The notes beneath the pieces were generated by a model that worked only from the letters and a program-made list of their open reading frames with translations, had not been told where the DNA came from and made no database searches. Shown piece after piece: positions 1-11,775 of a stretch of 64,000 nucleotides of DNA (positions are counted from its first letter, which is position 1; each line of letters begins with the position of its first letter). The translations under genes and the position numbers were made by a program. The stretch is from Piedraia hortae CBS 480.64 (Eukaryota): the NCBI GenBank assembly GCA_010093745.1, contig MU005957.1, positions 434,001-498,000 on the forward strand. The letters run 5' to 3'.

Positions 1-1051
1 CTGGGTGGAGGGCCAAGTCAGACCTCAACGCCACTATGACATCCGGGAGTCAGCGGGCGGTTCAAGCGGGCCGCTCCGCATAGCCGTTGAATAGATCACA
101 CCCAACTCACTGGGAAGACATAGATCCAGAAAGCATATGACTTAGACAGAGACAATGACGTATCATGTTTTGTCCAGAACATTCTTCATATGCCATACGT
201 GAATGCCAGATCTAATTCTGTGGATTATACCCGAAAATTTCCAACGGACTTGGTCGCGCATTGTCCATGCCGTAGACAATCGTAGAAAGTGAATCTCTCA
301 TCCCGGAGGAAATTCTCACGCACGCACAGTCTTTGTTCGCATTTCGCGAACATACAAGTCCTGTGCCGCTTGCCCACCTTAAAAATACTCAAAACATACC
401 CTAGTCCGTAATCGGCAAACCTTGATATGCAACTCCCTATGGGCCGAGTTAGCCTTCGCACGTGACCCACGTAATTTCGAGCGTCCACATCGGTTCATGG
501 CACGTACACAGGTGTGAGTAAACATTGCAGATTGTACGTTAATGTACGCCCACATTTTGGTACTGGTATTTAAAACGCTCTTGGTGTGAGGATACAGACG
601 GGGGTTGCAGCTGGCTCTGGGTGGGACTCTCATGGTGGATGAGACACGTTTTTCACAAAGATCTACTTTCACTTGAGACTCTGATCACAGAAAGGGGTAA
701 TTTGGGTTGCTTATCATGTCATGTATCTGCGATATAATGCCTCCAGTGACTGACCACTCACTGCTTCATTCGTCATGCAGAATCATGTCGGACAAATCAG
801 CAATCATATGCTTGCAAAAGGCAAAGGCCACGGCGGAAGAACCTCCGTAGTTGGGCCTTCCATGATGCCAATCGATTTTGTACACATTTATACACTCAAA
901 GAGGCATCCCGCTGAATACCAGCATTACGATGAAACCCAGAATGTACAGTAGGGTATATGTGCAAGTTCACATGAGATGCTATGCCGCGTTCCATCATGT
1001 AATGCAAAGGTAAAGCATGGCTTCCTGTGAGAAGAAGGGGAGGGAAAACAA

Positions 1052-2137
1052 CTAAGAGGGAAGAGGGCGTGGAAGGTCTTGTTGTGCCAGCTTAAGACCG
1101 AGCTTTTCGAGAAAATCATCGGCCTGTTTACGCACACGCTTTCTTTGTTTCTTGGCACGAGCAGATTCCAGCTTACTATTGCGTGCTTGCACCCGTGGAT
1201 CATTCTCTGAGTGAATGATATTTTCATGGGGAATCATCTCAAACGGACTGCTTTCAGGCTGAGCAGCTGCAGCTCGAATTCGTTCAGTCTCTTCGCGCTG
1301 TTTTTGAAGACTCTCCATCTGCGCTTTCCTTTCGTTCTCATCGGCACTGAACTGGAAGAAGCCAGTGCCCTTGCTGCGAACCTCATGTTTGCTTTCGTAG
1401 TGCTCATCCGCAAGGGGCGTCGGCGAACGATCGCGTTTGCTAGCCAAATCCTCCATTGCAGCTGGCGCTTCGAACGCCGCGTGCTGGACGGTATCGCCAA
1501 CAATGATCTGTGCTGGTGCACTCGGCCGAGCAGTGAAGCGGTCTTCGCGATCACGATCCGCCGCATTGGCGGCTTCCAGAGCAGTTCCTTTGCGTGTACG
1601 TCCAAACTCGTCGACGTATTCAACATTTGCAGCATCGTCTTCCTGCTCGGAGTCGGGTTCTCCCGGAGGCCGTTCAGCCCATTTGCGGTCAAAATCGACC
1701 GCATATCGCTCGTCTTTGTCTTCAATATCGCCACGTTTCATGGCTGCATAAAGGCGAGACTTCTCTTCCAGCTTTGCCCGGCTGCGTTCCAAGTCCCGAA
1801 GCTCAGCCTGTTCAGCTTCCCTCATTGCTTGGCTCTCAGCCATTTGGCGTACGCGTGCATGGTACGCCAGCTTTTTGCGCTGCTTGTTGCTCATCTGCCC
1901 ATTGGCCGGGGGAGCCTGGCCCGGCTTGTAAACCTTGTGCTGCTTCTGCTTCTGTAGTGCAGGCGGCAACGGCTTATTCGGTATTTGCGCATGATCTGGC
2001 CGCTGTTGCGGAGGCTGTGCAGATTGTTGGCCACTAATGAGCGCGTTCATCTCCGAGAGAAAAGAGCGATCGGCCGAAGGCACATTCGTCCGTTTCTGCT
2101 TCCCATATGGACGCATATCTTTAGAAAAAGGCGCCAT
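1052..2137 (-). CDS. DUF4078 / CCDC174-like coiled-coil protein
   Basis: 361-aa ORF with family motifs LEEKSRLYAAMKRGD, VDFDRKW, VEYVDEFGRTRKGT, EVRSKGTGFFQFS. Confidence 0.8.
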   Translation of the reverse strand: MAPFSKDMRPYGKQKRTNVPSADRSFLSEMNALISGQQSAQPPQQRPDHAQIPNKPLPPALQKQKQHKVYKPGQAPPANGQMSNKQRKKLAYHARVRQMAESQAMREAEQAELRDLERSRAKLEEKSRLYAAMKRGDIEDKDERYAVDFDRKWAERPPGEPDSEQEDDAANVEYVDEFGRTRKGTALEAANAADRDREDRFTARPSAPAQIIVGDTVQHAAFEAPAAMEDLASKRDRSPTPLADEHYESKHEVRSKGTGFFQFSADENERKAQMESLQKQREETERIRAAAAQPESSPFEMIPHENIIHSENDPRVQARNSKLESARAKKQRKRVRKQADDFLEKLGLKLAQQDLPRPLPS

Positions 2138-2832
2138 AAGTGAGGCGCACGAAAGGCGTGAGAGAACAACGAAAGTGGTGAAAGTGGGATAGTTTTGTGA
2201 AGTTGTGGTAAATATCCGCTTTTGAGGAGGTGCGTGTCGATCACGTGAAAGTCCCTTTTTAGATACCCCACGTTGAAACGTCGAGATGCAGCTACATAAT
2301 TACCGGGTTGGTCCCGGAGAATCGGGCTGGGGGGAATTGTTTTATTTGTGCATGAAGCAAAGCACGGTATGAGCGGACGGGCTCGACTTCGGTTGGATAT
2401 CGGCCAGACGCTTTTTTCTAATTGATCGAACGCCGTACCACTGAGCTGCTGACCGATGGGATCCTGGATCCATGGGGGTATACGACGAGATGTAGGGCCG
2501 AAGATTTGGCTTACATATGTCCTAACCAAGGAGATAAAAATTTTCACTTAGACAGGTATTTCGTTCCCACGTACATACTGGTTTAGATGGAAGTCCCTGC
2601 GGTCATGCGTTCCATCATTTGCTTGTTTGGCTGTTCCTTTCCGAGACATGCCAAATCACGGAAGCAAACCCTCATTCTTAGTGGTCGTAGAACTGCCGAA
2701 TGCCAGCATTGTCCATGGCAAATATACAGCTTGGAGGATGGTGTTCGTAAATTCGTTGAGATGCAGGTACAAAGGGGAAAGTCTGTACGCATATAGGGTG
2801 TATACACCCGAAATTACCACCCCCAGCCTTTT

Positions 2833-5217
2833 CTAGCCATGTTTCCCGAACAGAATGCCAAGACAGCCGTCTAGAACCAATGCAGAATCTCTACCAAGTT
2901 CCCACTTCAGTTCTCTTAGTAAGGTACCGACGAGCCTGAGCAAAGCAGCAGATTGATTCCTTCCTGTCAGGTGTGCAAGGCCACTAGAGCTCCGCACTTG
3001 GCTCATTTTGAAGAGGAAGTTTCGTACGTCGGACAAGATTGCGAAATCAGCGGCAACTTGAGCAACTTGGTTCGTCGCAAAATGACCATTCCGGGCCAAA
3101 TTTGCAAGGTCTGCAGCATCGCCACCGCCACCAAGTACTCCATCAAGCGCAAAGCCATATGCCCAAACCAGGAGCGTTGCAAAGAACAGGACATATGGCC
3201 TATTCAGCACATGGTCTGAAGTCGCCGAGTAGGCCAGATATACGCGCGAAGGGTCTGCACTACTATCGTCCATGTTTGCCTGGGTCAGGATAAGGAGGCC
3301 GTTCAACCATCTACACGCGGTGAGAACGACTTCTCTCGCCCGAGCAGAGTGTGCCCAGCCATGCATCTTTTTACGCATAGCTTCCCTGTCGGAAGACGTG
3401 ACTTGGCGTCCAAGTACGCGCTCAGCGCCTGCAAAGACTAGAAGGTCCGAGATTTCCATGTCAAATGACATGCGTGCCAGGGTGTACCAGCACGCGGTCG
3501 CGCCAGAAGCATCGTAGAGAAAGGATGCAGAAGGGGAGTCGGAGAAGGACGAAGAGGAGGGAAGAGAGGATGGAGGAGAAAGAGATTTCCACGTCTCCAC
3601 CGCCAAAGTCAATGCTTCGCGCCAATCGTTCTCTCCTGTAGCGGTAGAGGAGCCAAGGCTGGAAGCTTGAACGTCTCTCTGGCGCAGATGAAATGCCACG
3701 TTCAACACGCCAGCTATGAGAGCAGTGCGGGCAAAGGTATCGACACGGACACGATGCCCGTTGAGAGTCTTTTTCAACCCTTCTACAAAGTAGATGGGTT
3801 TGACCCCGTTAGCGTTTAACGAATCCTCAATGCGAGTGACTTCGATTTTGCTGGGGGCTGACCAAAGGGACTCGTCGCAGGGCAGTGGAAGGCGTAGCTC
3901 ATGTGGAGCCATGGCTGCACTGTGGCCAAAGAGCGTTGCATGCGTTGCATCTAGTATGAAAGCGGCAAAGGCAGCGCGCCGGGTTGCTTCGGCTGTGATC
4001 CATCGATTCCAAGCAGCATCGGCTGTGTTGGTTCCTGCCGTATTGATGCTGCCGTCGGGCCCCGGCGGCGTGCGGGTTGGGTCCGAGGACGTGTTTTCCG
4101 TGCAACGGCCCACCAGGGAAGAGCCCCGGCGCATAACCGCAAGAAGTGTGGCGTGGTGCACGTGAGCACGTTCATGAAGGGCGTGTGTACTGAACATTTT
4201 CTCAAAAAGTTCGAGAAGCAGCAGAGCCTGAAAAGTCCAAAGCTTTGCCGGAGGGCGGAACTCGGCGTCACGGAAGACCTCCCACCTTGTATGATGTGCC
4301 ACAAAGAAGCTAAGTTCCGTGCTGTGGGTACTGGATGCTGTAGCTCCGAGGCATATCATGGCAAGCAGCAAGAGGTCTGGGCAACTCTCGGCGTTGAATG
4401 TTGGCTGGTGCAGGATGGGCATCTGGCAATGTATGCTCACCCAGTACGTCAGCAAATAGTGCCTGAACATGCTTGTGCTCAGTACATGGTGTGGCTCTGC
4501 GCTGTCGCCGGAGAGAATGTCGGCCTTACTCCATCGGCCGGGATTTGGATGGATCTCCGGCCAGCTCGCTATCAAATCTACCAGCCTCTGACGCTTTGCT
4601 TCGCAGATGTCAGTCTGTATGCTGGCCGGATGAAAACCCATGTTGGGTTGGATGCCGGCCGGGTCGTAGCCATAATTGGTGTAGAACTGATGCTGGACGG
4701 CATCTTCAAGGACAAGAGGGGCTTGTTCGGTTGCGAGGAGCGACGACAGAAAGACATCGTCGAGGGAGCAGGCCGAGGGCGAGAAGCTGGTACCAAAAAC
4801 GGGCATGGAGCCCGCGGCGGGATCAAGGTACCAGTCCTGTTGGTCTGACGGAAAGCCATAGGCCGGCCGCAGCTGTGACGGGAGGTAGACTGCATGATTC
4901 TGGTACGTGGGCTCAACCGTGTACTGTTGCGACGGAACCGTGGCGCTAACGGCGCGGAAAGCATCTTTGCGCTGCAGCTGAGACCCCTTGGCGGCGTGAC
5001 GTTCCTTGTGCCTTGCACGAAGGTCGGCGCGCACAAAACTCCTCGCACAGCCAGGATGGTCGCAGAGGTAGATCTGCTTGGGCGCGTGATTGAGTTGGTG
5101 GCGATAGAGATGCTCAGCTCGACTGTACGCCTTGTCGCAGTCGCCGTGCCCACAGTGGAAGCGCCTATCTGGCTCCTTCACCGCGCGGCGGCCGCGCTTC
5201 TCCATGGCTGCGGGCAA
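2833..5217 (-). CDS. C2H2 zinc-finger transcription factor with fungal TF middle homology domain
   Basis: Two N-terminal C2H2 fingers (CGHGDCDKAYSRAEHLYRHQLNH; CDHPGCARSFVRADLRARHKERH) plus YW..IH.QMPILHQPTF and LPLPCDESLW motifs. Confidence 0.92.
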   Translation of the reverse strand: MPAAMEKRGRRAVKEPDRRFHCGHGDCDKAYSRAEHLYRHQLNHAPKQIYLCDHPGCARSFVRADLRARHKERHAAKGSQLQRKDAFRAVSATVPSQQYTVEPTYQNHAVYLPSQLRPAYGFPSDQQDWYLDPAAGSMPVFGTSFSPSACSLDDVFLSSLLATEQAPLVLEDAVQHQFYTNYGYDPAGIQPNMGFHPASIQTDICEAKRQRLVDLIASWPEIHPNPGRWSKADILSGDSAEPHHVLSTSMFRHYLLTYWVSIHCQMPILHQPTFNAESCPDLLLLAMICLGATASSTHSTELSFFVAHHTRWEVFRDAEFRPPAKLWTFQALLLLELFEKMFSTHALHERAHVHHATLLAVMRRGSSLVGRCTENTSSDPTRTPPGPDGSINTAGTNTADAAWNRWITAEATRRAAFAAFILDATHATLFGHSAAMAPHELRLPLPCDESLWSAPSKIEVTRIEDSLNANGVKPIYFVEGLKKTLNGHRVRVDTFARTALIAGVLNVAFHLRQRDVQASSLGSSTATGENDWREALTLAVETWKSLSPPSSLPSSSSFSDSPSASFLYDASGATACWYTLARMSFDMEISDLLVFAGAERVLGRQVTSSDREAMRKKMHGWAHSARAREVVLTACRWLNGLLILTQANMDDSSADPSRVYLAYSATSDHVLNRPYVLFFATLLVWAYGFALDGVLGGGGDAADLANLARNGHFATNQVAQVAADFAILSDVRNFLFKMSQVRSSSGLAHLTGRNQSAALLRLVGTLLRELKWELGRDSALVLDGCLGILFGKHG

Positions 5218-5421
5218 ATAGACATGAAGCCTACACTGCTACCTGCAAGATGCGTGGTATATACAAGCACAAAGGGCCCCCTCACACCCCGGTCGGGCGC
5301 GGCCGATAGGGTTAAACCGCCGATGCAGCGCGGATGTAGCCGACATGGAGTAAAGTGTCAGACGTCAGAGACGTTAGAAACGACAGACAACCACGTGATC
5401 CTCAGACCCCCGCTGACTGCG

Positions 5422-8016
5422 TCACCGCCAACCTTTCAGCCCGCTCCATGGATCCCCGTCTCCCGCTGGCGGTCCGGGCGGCGGGCCTGGTGGCGGGGGT
5501 GGGGGCTGCCAGCCACGACCAGGCGACTGGAAGCCCCGGTACTGCGGCTGCGGCTGCGGCTGTGGCGACGTGGTATAGTCCTTGGGGTTATACTCGGGAG
5601 TCGTATAAGGCACAGGGTAGCGCGGCGTCGTCGCGGGGCTCGCATGGTTGTGGCCGTTGAACCCTGGTGGCAATCGCTCTGTTGCCTCTACAGAGTTCAC
5701 GCTCATGCGCTCCATTAGACCCCTGAGCCGTGCCTGCTCGCTGCCCTTAGCGGCTTCGATGGCGCCTAGCAACTGGCTGCCCTCGCTGCGCCGATTCTCC
5801 ACAAACGCCTCGACGTTCTGCCGCAAGCTTGCCATTGTCTCCTCCATGGCATCATAGAATTGCAGGGCGCGTTCAAGTCCCGCGTGCAGGTTTACGTAGG
5901 CCTGGTAGATGAGGCGATATTTTGTTAATACCGTGCTCCGTTGGCGTGTAAATGCCTCGTATTTGTCCTGTTCCGCACGCACCCGCTTATCCTGGAGCAA
6001 ATCCCCGTAGCGCCGTGTCAGCTCCTTCATGAGTGCCGCTTGCTTGTGGTTAGCCTGCCAGATTCGCTGCTGGTGTGGCCGGAACTTCTCCAGTTCCTGT
6101 TGAAATAGCGCCGTTTCCTGGCTTGAAACAGCCTTTTTGTTCAGAATGAGCACGTGGCTGATATCATCATTGTGCACCCTGTCCTTGAGATCCCTGAGCA
6201 CCTGCTGCCGCTCGCGCTTGACCAACTGCAGCTTCCGCATCAGTTCTTCCACTCGCTCCACTTGTTGGCTAACGCTTGGCCCTCCGTCGGCCACGTCGTC
6301 ATCCAGCAAGTGACCTTCTTCCGTCTTCCTTGATCCCCCTGCTTTGAGCATTGCCCGTTGGTAGAGCACGTCCGCCTCGTCCGTCTCGCCTGCAGATCGC
6401 ATTTCGTCAAAGTCGCTTTCGTGCTGCTGAAACGTGCGCGACAACTGGGCGTCCGTTGCGCCAGCGGCTTCTACTGCTGTTCGATGTGACTTCAGGTCTG
6501 ACCGCAGCGTTGACGTCAACCTGGATGATGGCTGTTGGGTCCACTCGCCCCCGTACTTGCTCCTCATCTTCTCGCACACTCTCTCTTCCGTGTCCAGCTG
6601 CTTGCTGCAGCTGTCCAAAGACGCGACGATGTTTGAATTAGCCCTCCGTAGCCTGTCAAATATCGACCCAAAGGGACTGTGCCCCGCCAGCTCCGAGCAC
6701 CACTTGCTAAACTCCTCGTCTACGCCCAGGTCTTGGTCAAGGCCGCCCTTTAGAATATTCAGCGAGCCAGGAAGTTTGAGATAATCCAGACTGGCAACCA
6801 GTTCATCGTCTGCAGTCTCAACGCGCTCAGCCTCTGCTCGAATCAGTTTAGCTTTCTCCTCGTCGTACAACGAAGCACTTTCAGTAACGCTCATTGGAAC
6901 GATTTTTTGAAAGATATCTGGGCCAATAATGCGTTGAATGTCTTGCCCATGATAGAGCTCACTGACAGGCATAGCCTTGGCTGCAGGCATCTTGGGGATG
7001 GTCGGTAGCGCGCTCTCTGAAGGTACGGGCTGATGGTATATCATATCATTGTCCCTATTATATTCTTTGAAACGGTCCTGGATCGAGGATACAAGCTTCT
7101 TGGCCATGTCGACCAAGATGCCACCGCTTTCCGACGGCAGCTGACTGTTACTGGATGGGCTGGCCGGGAATGCGTTAGCCGCACGCATGGCCTCTTTGCC
7201 GGCAACCAATCCCGCCTGCAGCCTACAAATTGCCTGGCCGTAGTTGTTTGCCTCAAAATCGGCCTCTGCCTGGTAGTACTGGGCCATGGCGGACATGTGA
7301 TGCTGCTTGGTCTGCACCAGCAATAGCCAGGAGCGCTCGAACACGGCTTTAGAGACACCATCCTGCACGCCTTCAAAAGCTTGGGCATACAGAAAAGACG
7401 ACTGAGCAGCCAGCTTCGCCAGCAAACCGGGCTTTTTCAGGTCCATGACCTGCTTCTCGATGAACACCTCCTGGGCCTGTGCAAGCATGATGCCGACCAG
7501 CGTCTTGACCGTCTCGCGGCTTAGATCCGTCGATGGTGCATGCAGAAAGTTCTCATTGATGTAGGTGAACATGCCGGCGCTGGCTTGGAAGCTGTGGTAT
7601 GCCGTCTTGACGCCAACGTCGGTGTGGCGATCCTGCATCGCGCCATGGCAGGCTAGAACGGCGGCAATGTTGAATATAATGCTGGCTTTCTCGTATGCCA
7701 GGCTGTACTGTGCTGTAGGCTTGTGGGTAAAGGCGTCGAACCAGTTAAAGCTGACCCTGATGTGGTGTTCGTCGACGGGAAAGCGCAGGTCCAGCAGCTC
7801 CAGTTGGCCGTAGTAGCGGTAGAGCAGATCGCGTCCGGCTGCACTATCTCGTCCCGCCCCACGCATGTCCTGCCGTAGCCGGTTCAGCGTGTGGCACTCA
7901 TCGTTGTAGCGTTCCGGGTCGTCGCCATACACTGTCTCGATGTGGTGCTTCAGCGGCCCAACCCAGTCAACTTCGTTCGTGGCCTTGAGCGGACACGAGA
8001 TCATCGGCACCTGCAT
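5422..8016 (-). CDS. BRO1: Vacuolar protein sorting protein Bro1 (Bro1 + V domain, Pro-rich tail)
   Basis: LNRLRQDMRGAG, GRDLLYRYYGQLELLDLRFP, SLAYEKASIIFN, DNDMIYHQ; intronless 864 aa. Confidence 0.95.
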   Translation of the reverse strand: MQVPMISCPLKATNEVDWVGPLKHHIETVYGDDPERYNDECHTLNRLRQDMRGAGRDSAAGRDLLYRYYGQLELLDLRFPVDEHHIRVSFNWFDAFTHKPTAQYSLAYEKASIIFNIAAVLACHGAMQDRHTDVGVKTAYHSFQASAGMFTYINENFLHAPSTDLSRETVKTLVGIMLAQAQEVFIEKQVMDLKKPGLLAKLAAQSSFLYAQAFEGVQDGVSKAVFERSWLLLVQTKQHHMSAMAQYYQAEADFEANNYGQAICRLQAGLVAGKEAMRAANAFPASPSSNSQLPSESGGILVDMAKKLVSSIQDRFKEYNRDNDMIYHQPVPSESALPTIPKMPAAKAMPVSELYHGQDIQRIIGPDIFQKIVPMSVTESASLYDEEKAKLIRAEAERVETADDELVASLDYLKLPGSLNILKGGLDQDLGVDEEFSKWCSELAGHSPFGSIFDRLRRANSNIVASLDSCSKQLDTEERVCEKMRSKYGGEWTQQPSSRLTSTLRSDLKSHRTAVEAAGATDAQLSRTFQQHESDFDEMRSAGETDEADVLYQRAMLKAGGSRKTEEGHLLDDDVADGGPSVSQQVERVEELMRKLQLVKRERQQVLRDLKDRVHNDDISHVLILNKKAVSSQETALFQQELEKFRPHQQRIWQANHKQAALMKELTRRYGDLLQDKRVRAEQDKYEAFTRQRSTVLTKYRLIYQAYVNLHAGLERALQFYDAMEETMASLRQNVEAFVENRRSEGSQLLGAIEAAKGSEQARLRGLMERMSVNSVEATERLPPGFNGHNHASPATTPRYPVPYTTPEYNPKDYTTSPQPQPQPQYRGFQSPGRGWQPPPPPPGPPPGPPAGDGDPWSGLKGWR

Positions 8017-8162
8017 CTCGCTGGATCCGCGCTGGATTGGCGCTGGAGGGCTGACCGCCTCATGGCCGTCGTCGTGACGTGGCGGCTAGAGGACTAGGGT
8101 TAGGATTGAGAGTTTGCTAGTGTACACGTTAAATTACAGTGCCCCGCCCCCGCTACCCCGCT

Positions 8163-9725
8163 CTATCCCGCTCCGCTGCCCTTCTTCGCCTCACCATCGT
8201 TCTCGTTCTTGTCGAGGTGGTCGTGCTGTCCTGTCATTGTATGCCACATGTTCTTGAGGAAGCCCTCGTTCTTGTGGCTATCTGCTGCTGAGCTACCCTC
8301 TTTCTTGAACCGGCCGACATTCATCGTTCTGCGGGCGTCGGTATCACCCATGTCGTCTGCCAGCATTTCGACCAAGGTGCGTTGGTTAGCTGAGAGATAT
8401 TTGGGCATCTGTACCTTGAACTGCACATGCAGGTCCCCGTGGTTTCCCCTTCGAGAATCCAACTTCTTCATGCCCATTCCGCTCAGCGTGATCTTGTCCC
8501 CCGTGCCCGTGCCCGTTCCTACTTTGACCTTAACATCGCCATTGAGGGTGGGAATAGTAATCTCTCCGCCCAGCATGGCCGTGGTCAGGGGGATAGTCGC
8601 GGTGTAGAGGATATCGGAGCCGTTCCGTTGGAACTTTGCGTCGGACGTGACTCGGATGCGGATATAGAGGTCGCCAGTCTTGCTTTGGGCATTGCCTGCG
8701 GAGCGTCCAGTATCTGGGTAGTCTCCCTCGCCCACGACTCTGAGCGTCATGCCGTCCTCTATACCTCCGGGGATATCCACCTTGACCGTCTTTCGCTCTC
8801 TGACGGCTCCATTGCCTTTGCATGTGCTGCACTCATCACCCTTTGGCACAGACACGCCCTCTCCTCCGCATGCGCTGCACGTCGAGGCCATCTGGAACCC
8901 ACCTTGCATGAAATGCACTCGAGTCCCGGAACCATTGCAGACCTTACAAGTGCTCCGACTGACACCCTTCTTGAGGCCGCTTCCTTTGCAGGTCTTGCAC
9001 TGCACTGAATGAGTGATGGGAACATCCTTGGTGATCCCTTTTGCCGCATCCATGAAGGAAATGCTTGTCGATGTCTCAATGTCGTCGCCCACGAGAACTT
9101 CGGCTTGCTGGAATGGATTTCTCGACTTCCCTCTTCGTCCAGCGCCTCCGCCAAAAGCCGAAAACAGGTCCTCAAAATTAAATTCTGCCCCGAATCCACC
9201 ACCTCCACTGCTAAATCCACCACTAAACCCTCCAAATCCAGGTCCACCACCAGCTCCAAATCCACCGAAGCCCGCGCCCGGCCCACCCCCAGCGCCAGCG
9301 CCAGATGGATCGAAGCCTGCGCCGGGCCCATCAAAGGCAGCTGCACCATACTGATCCCACATATTCTTTTTCTTTTCATCGCTCAGGAGCTCATAAGCCG
9401 ATTGCGCATCCGCAAACTTTGCTTTCGCGTTGGGCTCTTTGCTCGTATCTGGATGGAATTTTTTCGCGAGTCCATAGTAAGCCTTTTTGATGTCTGTCAA
9501 CGAGGCCGAGGATGGGACACCGAGGACTTTGTACGGATCTTTGGTCGCATTGAAGACTGTAGACGCATGGAATGCTCTTTTCTGTTCGGTCGGCCGTTTC
9601 GGTGGAGATCTGCCAGATGATGAAGTGTGGACTGCCTGCCGCAGGTACGGTGTCGCTGCTTCTTGCCGGCTCGCGGCGTGCAGCGCAACTCTGGGAATTA
9701 GTAGCACCGGCCGACCCAAGCTCAT
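8163..9725 (-). CDS. MDJ1: Mitochondrial DnaJ/Hsp40 co-chaperone
   Basis: Presequence-like N-terminus, J domain with HPD, G/F-rich region, four CxxCxGxG repeats. Confidence 0.95.
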   Translation of the reverse strand: MSLGRPVLLIPRVALHAASRQEAATPYLRQAVHTSSSGRSPPKRPTEQKRAFHASTVFNATKDPYKVLGVPSSASLTDIKKAYYGLAKKFHPDTSKEPNAKAKFADAQSAYELLSDEKKKNMWDQYGAAAFDGPGAGFDPSGAGAGGGPGAGFGGFGAGGGPGFGGFSGGFSSGGGGFGAEFNFEDLFSAFGGGAGRRGKSRNPFQQAEVLVGDDIETSTSISFMDAAKGITKDVPITHSVQCKTCKGSGLKKGVSRSTCKVCNGSGTRVHFMQGGFQMASTCSACGGEGVSVPKGDECSTCKGNGAVRERKTVKVDIPGGIEDGMTLRVVGEGDYPDTGRSAGNAQSKTGDLYIRIRVTSDAKFQRNGSDILYTATIPLTTAMLGGEITIPTLNGDVKVKVGTGTGTGDKITLSGMGMKKLDSRRGNHGDLHVQFKVQMPKYLSANQRTLVEMLADDMGDTDARRTMNVGRFKKEGSSAADSHKNEGFLKNMWHTMTGQHDHLDKNENDGEAKKGSGAG

Positions 9726-9843
9726 CGCTCAAGAAATGCGAATTCCGGGAAGAAAATGCAGCAGAAGTGACAGATGCCGGAGTTGAGCCGCTCCAATCAG
9801 CTGGAAAGTTCGAGAAGGTTCCCGTAAAGATAAGGTGTGCGCT

Positions 9844-9870
<27 letters not shown>
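9844..9870. repeat. (CA)n microsatellite in the divergent MDJ1/ARV1 promoter
   Basis: acacacacacacacacacacgcacaca seen directly. Confidence 0.9.
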
Positions 9871-9876
<6 letters not shown>

Positions 9877-9893
9877 AGGTTCGATGAAAGATT

Positions 9894-10989
9894 ATGCCGA
9901 TTTGCATAGAATGTCGTTATCCTGTTTCGACATTGTACATGACATACAGCAAGGCAGACGATTCAGCTCTGGGGAAGGGTGTGCGACTAACACAGTGTCC
10001 GCGTTGCAAGCGTTTTGCGGACAAGTATGTCGAACATGATCTTGTGATTCTTTTCATTGATCTCGTCCTAATTAAGCCTCAAGTAAGTGGCGGTAGACCT
10101 ATAAAGGTACCGTTTTGGAACTAAATGGATGCAATCAGGTCTACAGGCATCTTCTCTTCAATCGAGTCGGCAAGGAAGATGCCGGTAGGTTCGACGTATG
10201 TGAGCTGTCTAGAACCGTAACTGCGTGATAGGCTCATAGTGATGACAGTTTTCCATGCTTCGCTTCGGCTTCCTCCTCCTTCTATTTGACGTCTATATGA
10301 CCTGGGCACGCATTGAGAAGGCTACGACAAGCCCACCATTACCATTGCTTTCGGCATCTACGGCTGATCCCACAAATGGGAACATATCTGTTTGCCAAAA
10401 CAGCACAGTGACAGAGCCCTTTCCATATGAAAATGGAACACCTACTCCTCTTGCCTCTCAACCAGTCCTAGTCCAGTACCTTTTCTTTCTCATTCTTTGC
10501 TCTCTCGAGGTATATATATCGGGCTGTACTTTCCCCCATGTTCTATCGCTGACAGGTATTATTAAGACCATCAGCTTCCATCTCCCAATCCGCTTGTTAC
10601 TCTCGGGCCCATTGCCCCGACCTTTCCGCAAGGTGATCCCGTATTATCCCCACCCGTCAATGGTCAGCATTGCCATTTTGGTGTCGAGCTTTACCAAATT
10701 GTTCCCGCTCCTGATGCTGGTCTGGCCCTACGACCTTCCGAGTAGCGCGAGCGCGGTAAGCTGGGCGGTCATCATCAACAATGTTGCTGCCATGGAAATT
10801 CTACTTGATTGTGGGTATATCCGGGCGGGGATTCTGTGTGCTGTCGGCGCTGTTTGCCGGGCTGGGGTTGGATGGGTAATTCTTAGGGCGGTGGGGATTG
10901 GGGGCGATGTCGCGGCCGTGGGCGTTGTGGAGACCGTGGATCTGATAGAGATCTGGAGAAGAATTATGGAGGGTGTTGGACTCGGTTGA
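9894..10989 (+). CDS. ARV1: Arv1 ER sterol homeostasis protein (about 3 introns)
   Basis: MPICIEC...LTQCPRCKRFADKYVEHD...IDLVLIKPQ, intron from 10083 (gtaagt), then VYRHLLFN; downstream hydrophobic exons LLLLFDVYMTW. Confidence 0.93.
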
Positions 10990-11074
10990 TGATTCGTCAA
11001 ACAGTGTACATGTATAAGAAATGGAAATTCCGTACGAAAACCTCATGAAACTCCTCTCTCTCCGTTCATTCCTC

Positions 11075-11427
11075 TTAGTGTCCACTAGCATGCGGTCCGT
11101 TTACGTATTCTGGTCTCAGATCGCTCCGTTCGGGGGCAATAAGCGGATGCCATTGCGCCAAGAAAGTAATTGCTGTTGATCCCCGTCAGTATCGATCAAA
11201 ATCAGCCGACTGGCAATATATAAACGCACCCCACATGAGCCAGCAGCTCCATGCTGACAGCACAAGGGTACTGCGCCAGACGGTGTGGTTTTCCCCTTTT
11301 GGGCTTGCGAACCAGGACACGGCGGAGAAGACGCCAACGAAGAGGATGCTGATGAGAATGCTCCATCTGTTCATTACATGTTAGCAAGCAGTGTTCGTTT
11401 AATTCATTGATCGTACCCGTTCGCCAT
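11075..11427 (-). CDS. VMA9: V-ATPase V0 subunit e (2 introns)
   Basis: Spliced MANG-WSILISIL...PKGENHTVWRSTLVLSAWSCWLMW-AITFLAQWHPLIAPERSDLRPE... Confidence 0.9.
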
Positions 11428-11775
11428 TATTCCTTGAAGTATTAAGGAGGTGGTAGTTGAGGCCCTCAACTTGAGGGTGAGGTGGTGGGCCGGGGAAACC
11501 TCGGGTATGTGCGTAGTGCCAAACCCGGTATCTGTGAAGTCTCTGCATTTCGAAAACCATCTATCAAGTCAACAAGTTCGTACCTTGTCCTGTTGAGGTA
11601 TGTATCTCTTTATCGTAGTGCATTAAATCCTCTGAAGCATTACCTTTTGCGTCTGTCCATCTCTTTGCCAACAATACCTGCAATCTGTGCCTGTACTACA
11701 GACACATTGCATGTTTGAAATTGGCTTCGTAACTTACTCGGCAGCCGTCCTCATATGCCAAGGGTAACCTCCGAC

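Noticed and set aside
1..1000. Short ORFs at the window start
   Set aside because: No recognisable homology; may be a gene end or relic but unsupported
1211..1957. Long antisense and alternate-frame ORFs (also 4153-4848, 4894-5718, 21353-22327, 40616-41266, 58277-58945, 59081-59728)
   Set aside because: They lie opposite well-supported genes and read as shadow ORFs with no motifs
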